A DNA stretch of 63,937 bases, counting the filler, from Reclinomonas americana ATCC 50394 (taxonomy: Eukaryota), in the NCBI GenBank assembly GCA_048213135.1. It is 15 parts of 15 records of this genome, joined end to end, with 100 filler letters (N's around TTAATTAATTAA, not from the genome) between each part and the next. Parts side by side here need not be neighbours in the genome. Positions count along the whole stretch, not along the records: positions 59,792 to 61,913 come from AFZH01019238.1; positions 62,014 to 63,937 come from AFZH01019246.1; 13 more parts are not named here. The stretch is one strand, 5' to 3'. The notes under the pieces are model-generated. The model was given only the letters and a program-made list of their open reading frames with translations, had not been told where the DNA came from and searched no databases. This document shows positions 60,428-63,937 of this stretch, piece by piece. Within the stretch, counting starts at the first letter, position 1. Each line of letters starts with the position of its first letter. Position numbers and translations under genes: made by a program.

Positions 60428-60552
60428 GTCGTGGCGGTTGTCAGACATGGTGTGGCGATGTTTTATGGTCGAGGTGGCTGCGGTTGTGGTGCAGCGGTGT
60501 CTTGAGTCGAGGATTGCTTCGTCATTTGTGGATCCCTACAACAAATGTGGTT

Positions 60553-60817
60553 CGGCTGGGGGAACTTGTGCTTCATGCGAGTCGCTGCGTGTCATTGACA
60601 ACTTTGTTGTGTGCCGTGTTTTACTAAATATATAATTGTAATCGATCCTGTGCTAACAACTTTATTTTTGTTGCAGTCGCCTTGCGGCTGGAGGAACTTG
60701 TGCTTCATGCGAGTCGCTGCGTATCATTGACAACTTTGTTGTCTGCCGTGTTTTGCTAAATTTATAAATGTAATCAATTCTGTGCTGACAACTTCATTTT
60801 TGTGGCAGTCGCCTTGC
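60553..60817 (+). repeat. 132-nt tandem duplication upstream of the EEP gene
   Basis: CGGCTGG.GGAACTTGTGCTTCATGCGAGTCGCTGCGT...GCAGTCGCCTTGCG occurs twice, starting at 60553 and 60685. Confidence 0.9.
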
Positions 60818-60819
60818 GC

Positions 60820-61913
60820 ATGGACAAGTCTGCCACTGCGCCATCGGATGTCTTGGCTGCTCCTGCGAAGAAACTTTCCGTTGCCCGCCGTGTAGTAGGC
60901 AGACTGATCACAGCGGTGAAACGCCTCGTCTTGTGGGTTGGCTCTTTCAACATTCTGGGCAGTTCGCTGCACTTGGAAGACACTGTGCACTGCTGGAAAA
61001 GCCGCCGTGATAATCTGTGCCGCCAGATGAGGGAATGCGCTGCATCGGTGACTGCCAGCTCGCATCGTCCGTCGACGTTGGGCTCGCCCGCAAGTGCTGA
61101 CCTGGATGTATATTCTTTGTTTAGGTCCTCGGCCTGCAAGAGGTTTTTGCACAAGGAGGACAACTTCGCGCTCTGGTACAATGTCAAGGGTGAGTGTTGA
61201 GCTTGATGCCTTGCTATGGAAGTCACTGACACCACGCATCTGAAAGGTGGCGATGCATTGAAGGTGCCGGGCGACATGGGCACGATCCTCCACTCGGGGA
61301 ACGGTGCCCGATCATGTACAGACCTGATCACGTCAGCTTGGTTTGGCACGGGTTCATGTGGTTGTCCAAAACGCCGTCGCAGCCTGGTTCCTGCGGAGTG
61401 GAGGGTGCTTCCATTCGCGTGTGCACCTACGCATTATTCCGCATGAGGATCGGGGATGCTGCTGGTGGCTACTTTTGGTTCTTCAACACCCACTTGTGCA
61501 ATCTCAAATCCAAGGCTCGCGTGTTGGGCGTGCACGCAATAGTTGATCGAGTGCGTGCTCACAGACGTGATTGGTGAGGCTAGCTTTCGTTCCCTTATAA
61601 CGGCAAAACCTCGCACTTGCATGCACTCACCCCAGATTTTTATTTGGCGAACACAGGGGTCGGCTGCCAGTAATCATTTGCGGTGACCTCAATGCCCGCG
61701 CGGACGATGAGCCATGCCGCTTCTTGCAGGAGTGTGGATTCGTCGACACCGCTCAGATAGCACCGGAAGTGCACGACCGAAGAAACAAGCTGCAACAGGC
61801 CTCTGTGGCCGGCTGCAACGTTAACACCACCGTCAACAAGGGCGCCGCTGATAACAAGGCTGCTGCGGCTCCAGCTGCAGCTCCGGCTCCGGCTGCCAAA
61901 GGCAAGAAGGGTG
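60820..61913 (+). CDS. Endonuclease/exonuclease/phosphatase (EEP) superfamily protein (multi-exon, 3' end not seen)
   Basis: Exons give VGSFNILG...HCWKSRRDNL, VLGLQEV, GFMWLSKTPSQPGS...RVCTYALF, FFNTHL and PVIICGDLNA...GFVDT. Confidence 0.85.
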
Positions 61914-62016
61914 NNNNNNNNNNNNNNNNNNNNNNNNNNNNNNNNNNNNNNNNNNNNTTAATTAATTAANNNNNNNNNNNNNNNNNNNNNNNNNNNNNNN
62001 NNNNNNNNNNNNNTAG

Positions 62017-62785
62017 TTCCCCCGGAAACACACTCGTACGGTCGAGACGATTCGTCGTGATTCACACGACTTGATTCGGGATCGCTCGGACGAGAACTTG
62101 CAACGAAAGATGTTTGACCGACGCAAGGCTGGCGATTTTGCACCACAGTTGCGATGACTCTTATTCTGTTTTGTCTGTCCACGCTGTAGGAGCTCATCAT
62201 CCGCTCCACACAGATCTCGCGACATTATCTCTCAACCCGAACAAGTTTCGGCACCGGCATCACCACGTCGAGCGGCCACGACCAACACGGAGGACGGCTT
62301 GAAGCGCAAGATCCGAGAAAAAGTCAATCAGGCCGGATCGAGTGCTGCCACCGTGTTCCGGACACTCACGCGCGGCAAGGACAGTTGCGTGTCACCTCTT
62401 CTCCTCAGTGTGTGTTACTGTGTGGTTATGTCACATGAGTGTCTCTCGCCTTCTCAGGCATTCTCTCTCACTCAGTGTGTTGTTCGACGTGATGTTGCAC
62501 TGTGTCTCTATATGATTGTCTTCTCTGTCTCCTCCTCTCTCTCCTCACTCTCTCCCTCTTTTTCGCTTTCTGTCTCTCTCTCTCTCTCTGAGTATTTGTT
62601 TGTGCTTCATAAGGGTCATCTATCGCTCTTCTCTCAATCTCGTTATTTTCTCTCACTCCAGTGTTTCTTTCTCACAGTTGCTGTCTCTATGTCTCTCTTT
62701 CTGTTTATCTCTCTGTGTGTCTCTTTGTATCTCGCTGTGCGTTAATGTTTCATCTGTGTCTTGTTGTCTCTCTCTCTCTCCTCTC

Positions 62786-62837
<52 letters not shown>

Positions 62838-63592
62838 CCTGTCCCTCCCTCCCTCTGTCTCCCTATCCCTCCCTATCCCTCCCTATCCCTCCTCCTCTTT
62901 CCCATTGCTCACCTCCCTCTCTCCCTCCCCCAGGTGCCATTCTTCGACCAGAAGACATTCGCGACGCCTTTTCTCGCATTGGCTTGCCGCTGAGCGAGGG
63001 CCAGGCAGCACGCGTGATGTTGATGGCCGGCAGCGACCCTGCAAAGGGTGTGTCGCTGGCCGAGTTTTGCAAGACCTATGGTGGTGCGCCGCTGTCGCCG
63101 CTGGGCGAGGAGCTAAGTATGCCCGGATCGGCCGACCGCAAGAGCAAGGGCTTCCAGAACGTGTCAGAGGACCCGCACTTTGGTCCGTTTATTCGCGACG
63201 AGATCAATGGCCCTGTGCCGCGCCGCAACGTCAGCAGTGGCGACATTATCGGGCACACGGATTCGGTGGAGGGCGAGCTGTCGTCCGATCCGCTCATCCC
63301 CGTCGGCTCGTTCCAGGCCCTCAACTCGCCCACGGCGATGTTGCGCGGTCGCCAGTGCTCGCCCGCGCCTGCACGCGACCCGATTACGTGGCGCACGGAG
63401 GAGCCGTTGAAGACGGAGCCACTGCCACCGCCCGAGCTGCGCAAGGAGATTGGTGTGGTGGTGCAGCGCGCCAGACCACTGACGCCCGGACCGACGCTGA
63501 AGAAGAGCGACTGGAGGTCACCGAACTCGAACTATGGTGCGGTGCGATTCTCCACACCGCCGCCGACTCCACGACGGAACCCGCTGTTCTAA
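62017..63592 (+). CDS. 3' part of a protein with a degenerate EF-hand pair and a Pro-rich disordered tail
   Basis: Exons give LKRKIREKVNQAGSSAATVFRTLTRGKDS and AILRPEDIRDAFSRIGLPLSEGQAARVMLMAGSDPAKGVSLAEFCKTYG, ending at TAA 63592. Confidence 0.65.
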
Positions 63593-63937
63593 GAGCGAGC
63601 GGAGAAAAGAGAGAGAGAGAGAGAGCGGCATGGGGCGTTGCTCTCTTTTTTGTTGTGTGTGTGCGCTCTGTTGCGTGTCGTCTGCTGCTTGTATCATGTG
63701 CATTACAAACGAAATACATGCCTTATTGTGAGGAAGTGGGGGGGGGACGGGGAAAGGGGGAGGGGAGAAGGAAAGGGCGATGAGAAAGACAAGCGCAAGG
63801 GTTAGTCGTCCAGCAAACCAGAAGGTCCGGAATGCATGTTACAAGTCCGATCCGGATGTCAGAGTTTGCCAAACTCCTCAAGAGGAGAAGGAGTTCGAGG
63901 AGGATGAGTGACTTGCGAGTCCTTCTAGAAACTATCA

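Noticed and set aside
60424..60830. WD40-EEP fusion through the GTGAGT overlapping the WD40 stop codon
   Set aside because: The donor is phase 2, whereas the acceptor before the EEP frame needs phase 1. The other WD40 copies lack this donor.

Overview
Eukaryotic (probably protist) genomic scaffold made of 15 sequence pieces joined by 14 artificial 100-nt spacers (N44-TTAATTAATTAA-N44). Several genes (Med13, Sam50, CTC1) run across spacers, so the order of pieces appears real. The DNA is gene-dense, very intron-rich and full of microsatellites, so most long ORFs in the supplied track are spurious low-complexity reads. Manual splice reconstruction gives, in order: an EPG5-like gene (-), a membrane protein with polyQ (+), Med13 (+), a large KEN-box coiled-coil protein (-), a divergent group II chaperonin 5' end (+), the 3' end of a gene ending in a beta-barrel/YadA-anchor-like hairpin (+), Sam50 (-), an orphan multi-pass membrane protein (+), CTC1 (+), a classical protein tyrosine phosphatase (-), two convergent cyclophilins, a tandem array of intronless WD40 genes with a conserved F-box-like C-terminal tail (+), an EEP nuclease/phosphatase (+) and a degenerate EF-hand protein (+). 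The most unusual signals are: frame-required 2-nt and 4-nt micro-exons in extremely fragmented cyclophilin genes; a recurrent atypical GTTGCG(T) donor class; the intronless WD40-plus-tail family, including a dispersed truncated copy; and the bacterial-style beta-barrel C-terminus tail-to-tail with Sam50. All family assignments rest on motif recognition by eye, not on database searches.
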